Below, piece after piece: positions 18,342 to 26,800 of a DNA stretch of 64,000 nucleotides. Below the pieces are notes generated by a model. It had not been told where the DNA came from. It saw only the letters and a list, made by a program, of their open reading frames with translations, and did no database searches. The position numbers were made by a program, and so were the translations under genes. Each line of letters opens with the position of its first letter. Positions within the stretch are counted from its first letter, which is position 1. Source of the stretch: Pseudomonadota bacterium (GTDB taxonomy: Bacteria > Myxococcota_A > UBA9042 > GCA-2863065); the NCBI GenBank assembly GCA_005776585.1, contig SXOX01000143.1:6032-70031 (forward strand), given 5' to 3'.

Positions 18342-19757
18342 TCACGCGGTCTTGAGCAAGGCCAACAGCGGATCTTCGCGCAGGTCGGCCGGATCGCCCT
18401 CGACGCCGAGGTCGTGAAACAGCGCGCGTAGCACGTGCTCCGGCCGCACGACGGCGCCGTCGGCCGCGAGCGCCCCGGTCTTGAGATTGACCGCCTGAGG
18501 GTTCATGCCCAGGTCCGACGAGGCGCCAATGACCTTGCCGCCCTGAATGGGACCGCCCGCGAGGAAGCAGCTGTTGCCAAGCCAGTGATCGCGGCCGCCG
18601 CGGTCGTTGACGAGCGGCGAGCGCGAGAACTCCGAAAAGCCGACGATGACGGTGTGGTCGAGCCAGCTCGTGCCCGTGCCGGCGTACTCGCTGGCGGCGA
18701 GGTCTTCGATGAGTCGCGCGACGGCGTTCATGCCAGCCATCTGGCGCGGGCCGTGATCGCTCTGCCAGTCATCGTAGTGCGTGTCCAGGCCACTCGTGGC
18801 CTCGATGCTCACCACGCGGCTGACGCCGTTCTTCAGCGCCTGCGAGGCCAAGGCGGCCTGCGCTCCGGGCGATGCGAGGGCGGCGGTGCCCGTGTCCGCG
18901 ATGCCGTAGTGCGAACGCAGCGACGACATGGCCTCCGTCTTGGCCTGGAAGTCGAAGAGCGCGTCGAGCTTGGCGGACATGACCTCGTCCAGCTTTTGCC
19001 GGGACACCTCAGCGGCTTGAAGCAGCGGCGAGGCCTGGGACTCGGGACAGGAGGCCGTCAGCGCGAGCAGCTGCTCGATCTGCGCCTCCGCGGTCGACGT
19101 TAACGGCGCCGCTCCCGGCTTGAGCGCGCGGACCAGGTCAGGGACGCTATTGACGCGCAGGCCGGTAGCGAAGTTGGGAAGCTCGGTGTTGTAGGACTCG
19201 ACGCGGCTCGAGAGGTTGGGGATGGGCTGCTCCTCGCCCAGCAGTGACGCCATCCACGTCGCGATCGAGGAGCCGCGCGCCAGCAGACCGCTCGGCGGCT
19301 TGCCGGTGAGGAAGCGGCGGCGCCCGACCTCATGGGTGAGCGTGTCCATGCTCATGCCACGCACGACGGCGAGCTTGTCGCCGTGCTTGGCCAGGTCGCC
19401 GACGTAGGGCCCGAGCACCATGCCGGGCGCGGCCTCCGTCAACAGATTGGTGACTGGGGACTTGAGCAGCTCGTAGGCCGGTTGGATCTTGGTGTCGTCG
19501 ACGGCGTCGGCGTTGAACACGTTGGGGTCGCGTGGGTCGAGTCCCAACAGGACGTCCCAGCCGCCGGAGAAGTAGCAGAAGACGTAGTACCGGTCGGTCG
19601 ACTTGGCACTCGCCCCCGGCGTGCCGGCTGCGCGCGCCAGCCGCTCGGCGCCGCGCAGGAGGGAGAGCCCGAGACCGGCGCCAAGGCTGCCCAAGAGGAG
19701 CTGCCGGCGGCTCAGCGTGCCGCGCACCGTCGAGGTCGTCATGTTTCGTTCACGCAT
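18342..19757 (-). CDS. DUF1501 family protein with Tat signal
   Basis: AGGAGG lies 6 nt upstream of ATG 19757. Tat motif SRRQLLLGSLGAGLGL. Also YVFCYFSGGWDVLLGLDP and the C-terminal signature FSEFSRSPLVNDRGGRDHW. Confidence 0.88.
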   Translation of the reverse strand: MRERNMTTSTVRGTLSRRQLLLGSLGAGLGLSLLRGAERLARAAGTPGASAKSTDRYYVFCYFSGGWDVLLGLDPRDPNVFNADAVDDTKIQPAYELLKSPVTNLLTEAAPGMVLGPYVGDLAKHGDKLAVVRGMSMDTLTHEVGRRRFLTGKPPSGLLARGSSIATWMASLLGEEQPIPNLSSRVESYNTELPNFATGLRVNSVPDLVRALKPGAAPLTSTAEAQIEQLLALTASCPESQASPLLQAAEVSRQKLDEVMSAKLDALFDFQAKTEAMSSLRSHYGIADTGTAALASPGAQAALASQALKNGVSRVVSIEATSGLDTHYDDWQSDHGPRQMAGMNAVARLIEDLAASEYAGTGTSWLDHTVIVGFSEFSRSPLVNDRGGRDHWLGNSCFLAGGPIQGGKVIGASSDLGMNPQAVNLKTGALAADGAVVRPEHVLRALFHDLGVEGDPADLREDPLLALLKTA

Positions 19758-19772
19758 ACCCGCCTCCTGAGC

Positions 19773-20498
19773 CTAGTACGTGGTGAAGTCCGGGTGAGTG
19801 ACGAGAGCGACACAGACCGCCGTCCATCCCGCGAGCGGCGACTGCGCCGTGTGCTCGACCGAGGCGTAGAGCCAGCGCCACGGCTCCAAGTGGGCGTCGT
19901 CGGTCACGGTGGCCGTCAGGCGCCGGCCGTGAAACCGCAACAGCAGAGCGCGGAGGTTGTCTTTGATCTTCTCCGGAGCCGACTTCCAGGTATCCGTTGG
20001 CGACGACGACGCGAAGAAGACCGGCGAGGCGCCGCCATCGGCCGCGGCGAGCTTTCCGCACACCGAGCGCGCTGCGTCTCCCAGGAACTTCATGAAGAGG
20101 GTCGAGGCCGTGAGGTCCTCCTGGGTGATCTCGACGAAGTCTGGCCTGCCCAGCGTCTTGCCGAGCTGCTGAAACAGGTTGACCTCGGCTTGCCCCTGCT
20201 TCTCCGTCCAGCCGATGCCACCCGTCACGCGCCGAATCGCGGCGTCGAGCTGATCGATGTTCATGCGCCTGCGCGGTCGTTGCAGCGGCTCGGCCACCGG
20301 TGACAGCGGCAACAGGGCGACCTCGCCCTCCGGATGAACCGCGACCTGGGCCGGCACCTGCACGGGTGCCGCCTCCGCCGGGGGCAGTCCAGGCTCGAGG
20401 TGGCCTGGCGTGCTGCTCGGCGCGACTGGCGTCTGAATCACGGCATCGCGCGCGCATCCGGCGACCAGAATGGGCAAAAGACAGGCGAGGTGTCTCAT
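19773..20498 (-). CDS. lipoprotein, function unknown
   Basis: Start trimmed to ATG 20498 (ATGA overlap with the upstream gene), giving MRHLACLLPILVAGC (lipobox). Sits between the CxxCH protein and the DUF1501 gene. Confidence 0.7.
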   Translation of the reverse strand: MRHLACLLPILVAGCARDAVIQTPVAPSSTPGHLEPGLPPAEAAPVQVPAQVAVHPEGEVALLPLSPVAEPLQRPRRRMNIDQLDAAIRRVTGGIGWTEKQGQAEVNLFQQLGKTLGRPDFVEITQEDLTASTLFMKFLGDAARSVCGKLAAADGGASPVFFASSSPTDTWKSAPEKIKDNLRALLLRFHGRRLTATVTDDAHLEPWRWLYASVEHTAQSPLAGWTAVCVALVTHPDFTTY

Positions 20499-22057
20499 CG
20501 AACCCTCCGGTACGTCGCGCTCGTCACGATGGCTTTGACCACGTCTCGGAACTCGAAGCCGCCCGAGACGAAGTCGTACGTCGTCTCCGCAAGCCAGCCC
20601 TCCTCTTCGGGCTGCACCGCACGACCGAGCAGCCACTCCGCGGCGTGGCGCGCGACGCAGGTGGGCAGGCGATCATCGACGATGGCGCGCATGGCCAGCA
20701 GCCGCGGGCCCTCCTCGACGTGCGCCACGTGCTCCGGGCGAAGGAAGTCGTAGGCCATGAGCCAGCCGCGGAACGGCAGCTCCTCGGGGGAGGTCGCCTT
20801 CGTGATGTAGAACGTCTTGCACTCCGCGCTGCACTGAAGCCCCGTCAGCGCACACGCCTCGCAGTCGGCGCGCTTCCCAGGGAACGCCGCGGGCGAGAGC
20901 CAGCCGATGCCGTTGGGTGTCCACCGACCCCAATAGCTGGCCGTGGGCTCCAGAAGCGCGTGGCAGTACTTGCAGCCGGAGCGCAGCTGCAGGTCCGGGT
21001 GGTTCGCCAGTTTGTCGCTCGAAAAGGGGATACCCCCCGGCGGAGGCTGAAACGGCTGACACAGAAAGGCGTTGTGAAAGCGGTTGGCCCGCGCCCGCTG
21101 CGTCTGAAAGCGGAGCAAGAACGCGGGGCTCGTGAGGATGCCCGCCTGCTCCGGGCCCAGATCGACGGCGATCCAGGTGTCCTTGTCCATGAAGGTGAGG
21201 TCCGGAAGCTTGGACTTGGGGACCGGGTTGGGCTCGTAGCGCAGGTTGGCGCCGACGTTCGTCTGCCAACGCAGGAAGTGGACGAGCGGGCCGTTGACAT
21301 AGGCCGTCTGGCTCGTGAACAGCTCCGTGTACGGGCGCTTGTCCCGGATGATGGCCGCGATGCGACGGTCGAGGTCACCTGCGATGGCCTCCAGCACGCG
21401 CGCGGTCGCATCGCCACCGCGGCACCAGCGCAACATGGGGCCGCATCCGCAGCCCTTGTCGGAGAATCCGCCCGTGGTGCCGCAGTCCGAGCCGTTTGGC
21501 GAGATGACGGCGTCTTGCGCATCGTAGCCGCAGACTTTGATCGGGAGGTCCGGTGCCCAATACGGCGCGACCTGAATCCACCCCTCGCGCGACGTTCCGT
21601 CCGGCTGCAGCTTGGACACGATGGCGCCGTCGGGCGTCGTCTCGAGCGGCTCGTCGAGACAGCCGAGCTCCCCTCCGCGATACAGCTTGGCCGTCTGCCG
21701 GCGCCAGTGGAGCTGCCCGGTCTTGGTCAGACCCGTGGTAGCCGCCAGCAGAGTGAGGTTTGCGACGTTGTTCCAGAGAAGCGCCTGGTGGTGCCGCAGA
21801 GCCTGTCCGACGAAGGCTTCGCTGTCGAGCCACTCGTCGACGAGAGCCCCCGGGATGCTCTCGGACGCGTCGAGCGCCGCGAACTCCTCGGGTGTCGGGA
21901 CGTCACCACGAAGGTCGAGGCTGAGCGCTCTCAAGAGGCGATATCGGTCGAGCTCTGGGGCCTCCGCCGCACAAACGGATGCGGGAGCCGAGACCTCAGC
22001 GGCGGCCGGGGCCGCGAGCAAGAGAGCCAGAAAGAGCGCAGAGCGCGGTTGGAGCAT
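20495..22057 (-). CDS. secreted CxxCH protein, DUF1549/DUF1588/DUF1585-like (partner of DUF1501)
   Basis: GGAGGG lies 8 nt upstream of ATG 22057. Signal peptide MLQPRSALFLALLLAAPAAAE. LRALSLDLRGDVPTPEEFAAL resembles the DUF1549 N-terminus, and TELFTSQTAYVNGPLVHFL resembles DUF1588. CKYCH at 20960-20974. The exact family is uncertain. Confidence 0.7.
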   Translation of the reverse strand: MLQPRSALFLALLLAAPAAAEVSAPASVCAAEAPELDRYRLLRALSLDLRGDVPTPEEFAALDASESIPGALVDEWLDSEAFVGQALRHHQALLWNNVANLTLLAATTGLTKTGQLHWRRQTAKLYRGGELGCLDEPLETTPDGAIVSKLQPDGTSREGWIQVAPYWAPDLPIKVCGYDAQDAVISPNGSDCGTTGGFSDKGCGCGPMLRWCRGGDATARVLEAIAGDLDRRIAAIIRDKRPYTELFTSQTAYVNGPLVHFLRWQTNVGANLRYEPNPVPKSKLPDLTFMDKDTWIAVDLGPEQAGILTSPAFLLRFQTQRARANRFHNAFLCQPFQPPPGGIPFSSDKLANHPDLQLRSGCKYCHALLEPTASYWGRWTPNGIGWLSPAAFPGKRADCEACALTGLQCSAECKTFYITKATSPEELPFRGWLMAYDFLRPEHVAHVEEGPRLLAMRAIVDDRLPTCVARHAAEWLLGRAVQPEEEGWLAETTYDFVSGGFEFRDVVKAIVTSATYRRVR

Positions 22058-22093
22058 GTCGCGAGCCCTCCGGCGTGAGGTGGCGAGCGCGTC

Positions 22094-22112
22094 GTGGGAC
22101 GCACGATCCCAC
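22094..22112 (-). terminator. weak hairpin downstream of the giant gene
   Basis: GTGGGA (22094-99), 7-nt loop, TCCCAC (22107-12), 49 nt past the stop at 22161. No T-tract. Confidence 0.25.
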
Positions 22113-22160
22113 CAAGCTACCTACGCGATCCCGCTGCCGGAGGCAACGCAGAAGGTGAGC

Positions 22161-22430
22161 CTACGGCGTCTTGAGTTTGGTCTCCCCCGTGGAGCACTTG
22201 CCACCGAGGAGGAGGGTAAACTCGGTGCGTCGGTTCTTCTCGTAGTCGATCTCATTGGGGTTGTCGGCCCGGTACACCGGCTTGCTGGCACCGAAGCCGC
22301 GACGCGTCAGCAGCTTGGCCTCGACGCCGAGTCGGACGAGTTCGGCCTTGACGACCTTGCCGCGGTTCTTGGACAGCGTGAGGTTCTTGAGGTCGTTGCC
22401 CTCCTCACTGGCGTGACCGTCGACGCCGAC
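22161..22430 (-). repeat. direct repeat copy 1 (3' end of the giant/OmpA ORF); copy 2 is at 39884-40154
   Basis: My manual alignment gives 15 substitutions plus one 1-nt indel over 270 nt. Homology starts exactly at the stop codon (cta). Confidence 0.9.
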
Positions 22431-23879
22431 CTCGATGACGAGCTTGTTCTCGAGGATCTTCTTGGCGACGACCTCGAGCGTCTTCTTGGCCTCGGCCGTC
22501 AGGTCCCACTTGCCCTTCGCAAAGATGACGTACTCGGGCAGCGTGCGGGCGCACTCCTTCTCGACCTCGATGATCTTCTCGACGTACTTCGTCGTGCTGC
22601 CACCATCGGGACAGCCCTGCTTCTCCGCAGGCCCGGGCAGGTTCGGGCACTTGTCGGCCGTGTCCTGGACGCCGTCGCCGTCGTTATCCAGTTCCGGACA
22701 CCCGTCGTCGTCCTGGTAGCCGTCCTTGTCCTCCCGCTCCGACGGGCACCGATCCAGCGCGTCCGCCACGCCGTCGCCATCCGCGTCGCCGTCGGGGCAG
22801 CCATCCTTGTCCTCGACGCCGTTCCAGTCCTCCGCCTGGTTGGGGCACTTGTCCTCCGCGTCCACGATCCCGTCTTTGTCGTTGTCCCACTCCGGGCAGC
22901 CGTCGTTGTCGGCAAAGCCGTCCTTGTCCTCGGGCGACAGCGGGCACTCATCCGCACGGTCCTCGATGCCGTCGCCGTCGCTGTCGTTGGTCCGGGGCGC
23001 CCACTGCAGCCCCGCCAAGAAGCGGAAGTTCGGGGCGCCGTAGCCCTGCACGAGCCCCGCGCCCACCGCGGCCTGGATGCTCAGTCCCGAGATGACCCAA
23101 AACTTGGGCCCAAACAGCACCTCGAGGTTGGTCGAGTCGAGCGACGAGAAGAAGTCCTTGGTCAGTGGCGTGCGACCAAAGATCTCGAGGTCGAGATGCA
23201 CCCGATCGATCCACGCGGCCACGTCGATGCCCAAGCCAAACGTCAGCTCGTGGCCAAACGTCGTGCCAAACAAGGTCGACTCCTTCGGCCGAAACCGGAA
23301 GCCCAGGTTCAGCGCCGTGACGGTCCGGTCCGTCCGATAGTCGAAAATGGTGTTCAGCAGCACACCCACCGTCGGGTCTCCCCGGAACTTGTCCTTGTTC
23401 CCCGTCGGCAGCGTCAGCCCAAACGACATTCCAATCCCGAAGCCGCCCGTCTGGTTGTTCAGCAGCTTCCCACGCACCCGAAACGTCATGTCGCCGAGGC
23501 CCGCTCCCGACACCGGCGCAATCGCCTTGACGTCGTCCGCCGACGTCATCTGGATCGCGACCGGCAGGCTCAGCTCGATCTGCGCCCAGTCCGCCAGGCC
23601 CACGCCCAAGCCGATATCGCAAAACGTCTGGCTCTCGACCAGGATCTCCTCGTGGTTGCCGGCCTTGAGAAACAACGGCTTGCGCTCGCCGTAAAACAGC
23701 ACCGACGCGTACGGCTGCCACTTCGGCCCCACCATCGACTCCTCCACCGACCAGATGCGGTACCGACCGCCCCCGGGCATGAAGTTCTCGATGTTGACCT
23801 CCGCCGTCGCCTGCGCCGACGCCCCCGTGGGCGCCATCATCGGCACCGCCAGCGCCGCCAGCACCAGCAGCGGGAGCAC
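22161..23879 (-). CDS. possible independent sub-ORF: OmpA-family outer-membrane protein (barrel-like domain + TSP3 repeats + OmpA-like C-terminus)
   Basis: In-frame GTG 23879 (alternatives GTG 23906, TTG 23900) gives (ARRRAR)VLPLLVLAALAVPMMAPTGASAQA|TAEV, a signal peptide with an AxA site. It is followed by ~270 aa of alternating beta-strand pattern ending FLAGLQWAP. Next come DGDGIEDRADECP-type TSP3 repeats. The OmpA-like C-terminus reads VGVDGHASEEGNDLKNLTLSKNRG...NRRTEF. There is no stop codon upstream, so separateness is unproven. Confidence 0.4.
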   Translation of the reverse strand: MLPLLVLAALAVPMMAPTGASAQATAEVNIENFMPGGGRYRIWSVEESMVGPKWQPYASVLFYGERKPLFLKAGNHEEILVESQTFCDIGLGVGLADWAQIELSLPVAIQMTSADDVKAIAPVSGAGLGDMTFRVRGKLLNNQTGGFGIGMSFGLTLPTGNKDKFRGDPTVGVLLNTIFDYRTDRTVTALNLGFRFRPKESTLFGTTFGHELTFGLGIDVAAWIDRVHLDLEIFGRTPLTKDFFSSLDSTNLEVLFGPKFWVISGLSIQAAVGAGLVQGYGAPNFRFLAGLQWAPRTNDSDGDGIEDRADECPLSPEDKDGFADNDGCPEWDNDKDGIVDAEDKCPNQAEDWNGVEDKDGCPDGDADGDGVADALDRCPSEREDKDGYQDDDGCPELDNDGDGVQDTADKCPNLPGPAEKQGCPDGGSTTKYVEKIIEVEKECARTLPEYVIFAKGKWDLTAEAKKTLEVVAKKILENKLVIEVGVDGHASEEGNDLKNLTLSKNRGKVVKAELVRLGVEAKLLTRRGFGASKPVYRADNPNEIDYEKNRRTEFTLLLGGKCSTGETKLKTP

Positions 23880-26800
23880 CCGTGCTCGCCGTCGCGCCAA
23901 GAGCACGAGACCCGCCAGCAGCAGCACCGCCAGCGCGCCGGTCCCCGCACCCGGCCGACCCGAGGCGTCGCACCGGAAGACGTTGTCGCCGATCACCTTC
24001 GCCACCGAATAGTCGTCGTCCTTCACCAGCGGCTTCGTTCCGTTGTCGACCTCGTCCTTGTCGTTGACGCCGCCGTCGTCGGAGTCACCATCCAGCGGGT
24101 CGCTGCCGTAGACCAAGAGCTCGAGCTTGTCATTGAGGCCGTCGTCGTCGGAGTCCGGATCCTTGTGGTCGGTCTTCGTCACCTTCCCGTTCGAGACGTT
24201 CTTGATGCCGAGCTTCTCGTCGTGGTCCGTCAGCCCATCGCCGTCGGTGTCAAACAGCCCGTCGGTCGGATCCAGCGGGTCCGACTCCGGCGGATCCCCC
24301 ACCTTGCCGTCCCCGTTCAGGTCCTCCTCGCCATCCTTCAGCTTGTCGGCGTCTGTGTCCGGGTTCAGCGGGTTGGTCTTCGTCGTCGGATCCGCGTCCG
24401 CCTTGAATTTCGTCGCGTCCGTGTCCTTCGTCGGCTGGTTCACCCCCAGCTCCGTCCCGTCCTGCACCCCGTCCTGGTCCGTGTCCCGCTCCTTCGGGTC
24501 CGTCTGGGTCGTGTTGACCTCCTTGCCGTCGGTCAGGCCGTCCTCGTCGGAGTCCTGATCCCGCGTGTTCGTGCCAATCACCTGCTCCTGCGCATCCGAC
24601 AAGCCGTCGTCGTCGTCGTCCTGGTCCGCGCAGTTCAGCGTCCCGTCCTGGTCGTAGTCCAGCAGCTCCGGCGCCGCCGGCGTCGACGCCTTGTTCAGCG
24701 AATCGGTGCCGCAGATCCCCTCCTCCTTGTCTGAGACCAGGTCGTTGTCGTCGTCCGGATCCTTGCAGTCGATGATCTGGTCCCCGTCCGTGTCCTCCAG
24801 TGACTCCAGGCTCGGCGTCGACGTCGACGACAGCGGGTCCGTCCCGCAGTAGACCTCCACGCCGTCTGAAACGCCGTCCTTGTCCGCGTCCGACTGGCTG
24901 CCGTCACAGTCGCCGTTCTGATCTTTGTCCTCGGACACCGACTTCGGGTCCAAGGGGTTCGTGTGGCAAAACAGCTCTTTCTTGTCGTTCTCCGTGTCGC
25001 CGTCGGTGTCCGCCTTCGTCGGGTACGTCTCGCCCGCGCTCACGTCCCCGTCCGGCTTTCCGTTGTGGTTCGCATCCTCGTCGCCATCCAACAGCCCGTC
25101 CCCGTCCGTGTCCGGGTTCGTCGGGTCCGTCTTCAAGCAGTTGTTCTGCGCGTCCACCCCGTAGCAGCTCGACGCCGCCACCTCGAGCCCGTCGCTCAGA
25201 CCGTCGCCATCGGTGTCCGTCTTCAGCGGCGACGTCTCCTTCGGCTGCGTCACCCCGTCGTGATCCGCATCCTCCGCCCCGTCCTTCAGCCCGTCCCCGT
25301 CCGTGTCCGGCTTGTTCTTCTCCGTCCCAATCGCCAGCTCCGCCAGGTCCGGCTCCGCGTCGTTGTCGTCGTCCAAGTCCACGCAGTTCAGCGTCAGGTC
25401 CCCGTCGGTGTCGGTCAGGTCGTCGATCGTCGGCTTCAGCGACCCGTCCAGCGGATCCGTCTTGCACGTCGTCTCCGTCACGTCCGGCGCGCCGTCCCCG
25501 TCGTCGTCGGTGTCCTGCGTGTTGCAGATCCCGTCCTTGTCCGTGTCCACCGGATGCGACGCCGCCGACAGTGGATCCGACCCGCACGCCGTCTCCTGAT
25601 CGTTCGGCCAGCCGTCCGCGTCCTGGTCCAGATCCTTCGGATCGCACAGCCCGTCCTTGTCCGTGTCCACCGGCACGCTCGCCGCGCTCTTGGGATCGGT
25701 GCCGCAGAAGGTCTCGTCCGACGTCTTCCACAGGTCCCCGTCCGGATCCGCGTCCGGGTCCACCACGTCACACACGCCGTCCCCATCGGTGTCCACCGGC
25801 TTGCTCAGCGCCGACTTCGGATCCGTCTTGCACAAGGCCTCCGTCGCGTTCAGCCACCCGTCGTTGTCCTCGTCGTTGTCCAGCGGATCGCACAGCTTGT
25901 CCCCGTCGGTGTCCGTCGGCAGCGACAGCGGGTCGTGCGCGTTCGTGCCGCACTTCTGCTCCGTGTCGTCGTCCCAGTTATCGCCGTCGTCGTCCGGGTC
26001 CACCTTGTCGCACAGCTGATCGGCGTCCGCGTCCTGCCCGTTGTCCTTCGGGTTGTCGGCCTTCTTCTTCGGGTCCGTCCCGCACGTCGTCTCCACCGCG
26101 TTCGCCCAGCCGTCGCCGTCCTCGTCCTGGTCCAGCAGGTCGCACACGCCGTTCTTGTCGGTATCCACCGGCACCGACGACGCATCCCGCGGATCCGTCT
26201 GGCACAAGAGCTCCTTCGCGTCCGTCCACTGATCGTTGTCGTCGTCGGGATCAATCACGTCGCACAGGTGATCTCCGTCCACGTCCAGGCCCGCCGTCCC
26301 CGGGTTGTCGCTGTTCACCGTCGGGTCCGTCCCACACACCTGCTCCACGTTGTTCGCCCACGTGTCCCCGTCCCGGTCGGCGTCCTCCACGTCGCAGATC
26401 CCGTCGGCGTCCTGGTCGTGCGCCGCGTCAATCGGCGTGGACGTCCCCAGCAGCGGGTCCGACCCGCAGCCAAGCTCAAACGTGTCCACGAAGCCGTCCG
26501 CGTCGTCGTCCAAATCCGACGCGTCGCACTGCGTGTCCCCGCCCGGCAACGCCCCGTCCGTGTTCTTCGGCACCGACGCCTGGTTCAGCGAGTTGCTGCC
26601 ACACACCAGCTCCTCGATGTCCGAGTGTCCGTCCGCGTCGTCATCGGTGTCCGAGCAGTTCGGGAGACCGTCGTTGTCCAGATCGTTGGCCAGCAGCGGA
26701 CCCGGCACCGACGCCTTCGACTCCGGATCCGTGTTGCACAGCAGCTCGAAGCCGTTGCTCACCCCGTCCTTGTCGAAGTCCTCCTTCGCGCAGATCCCGT

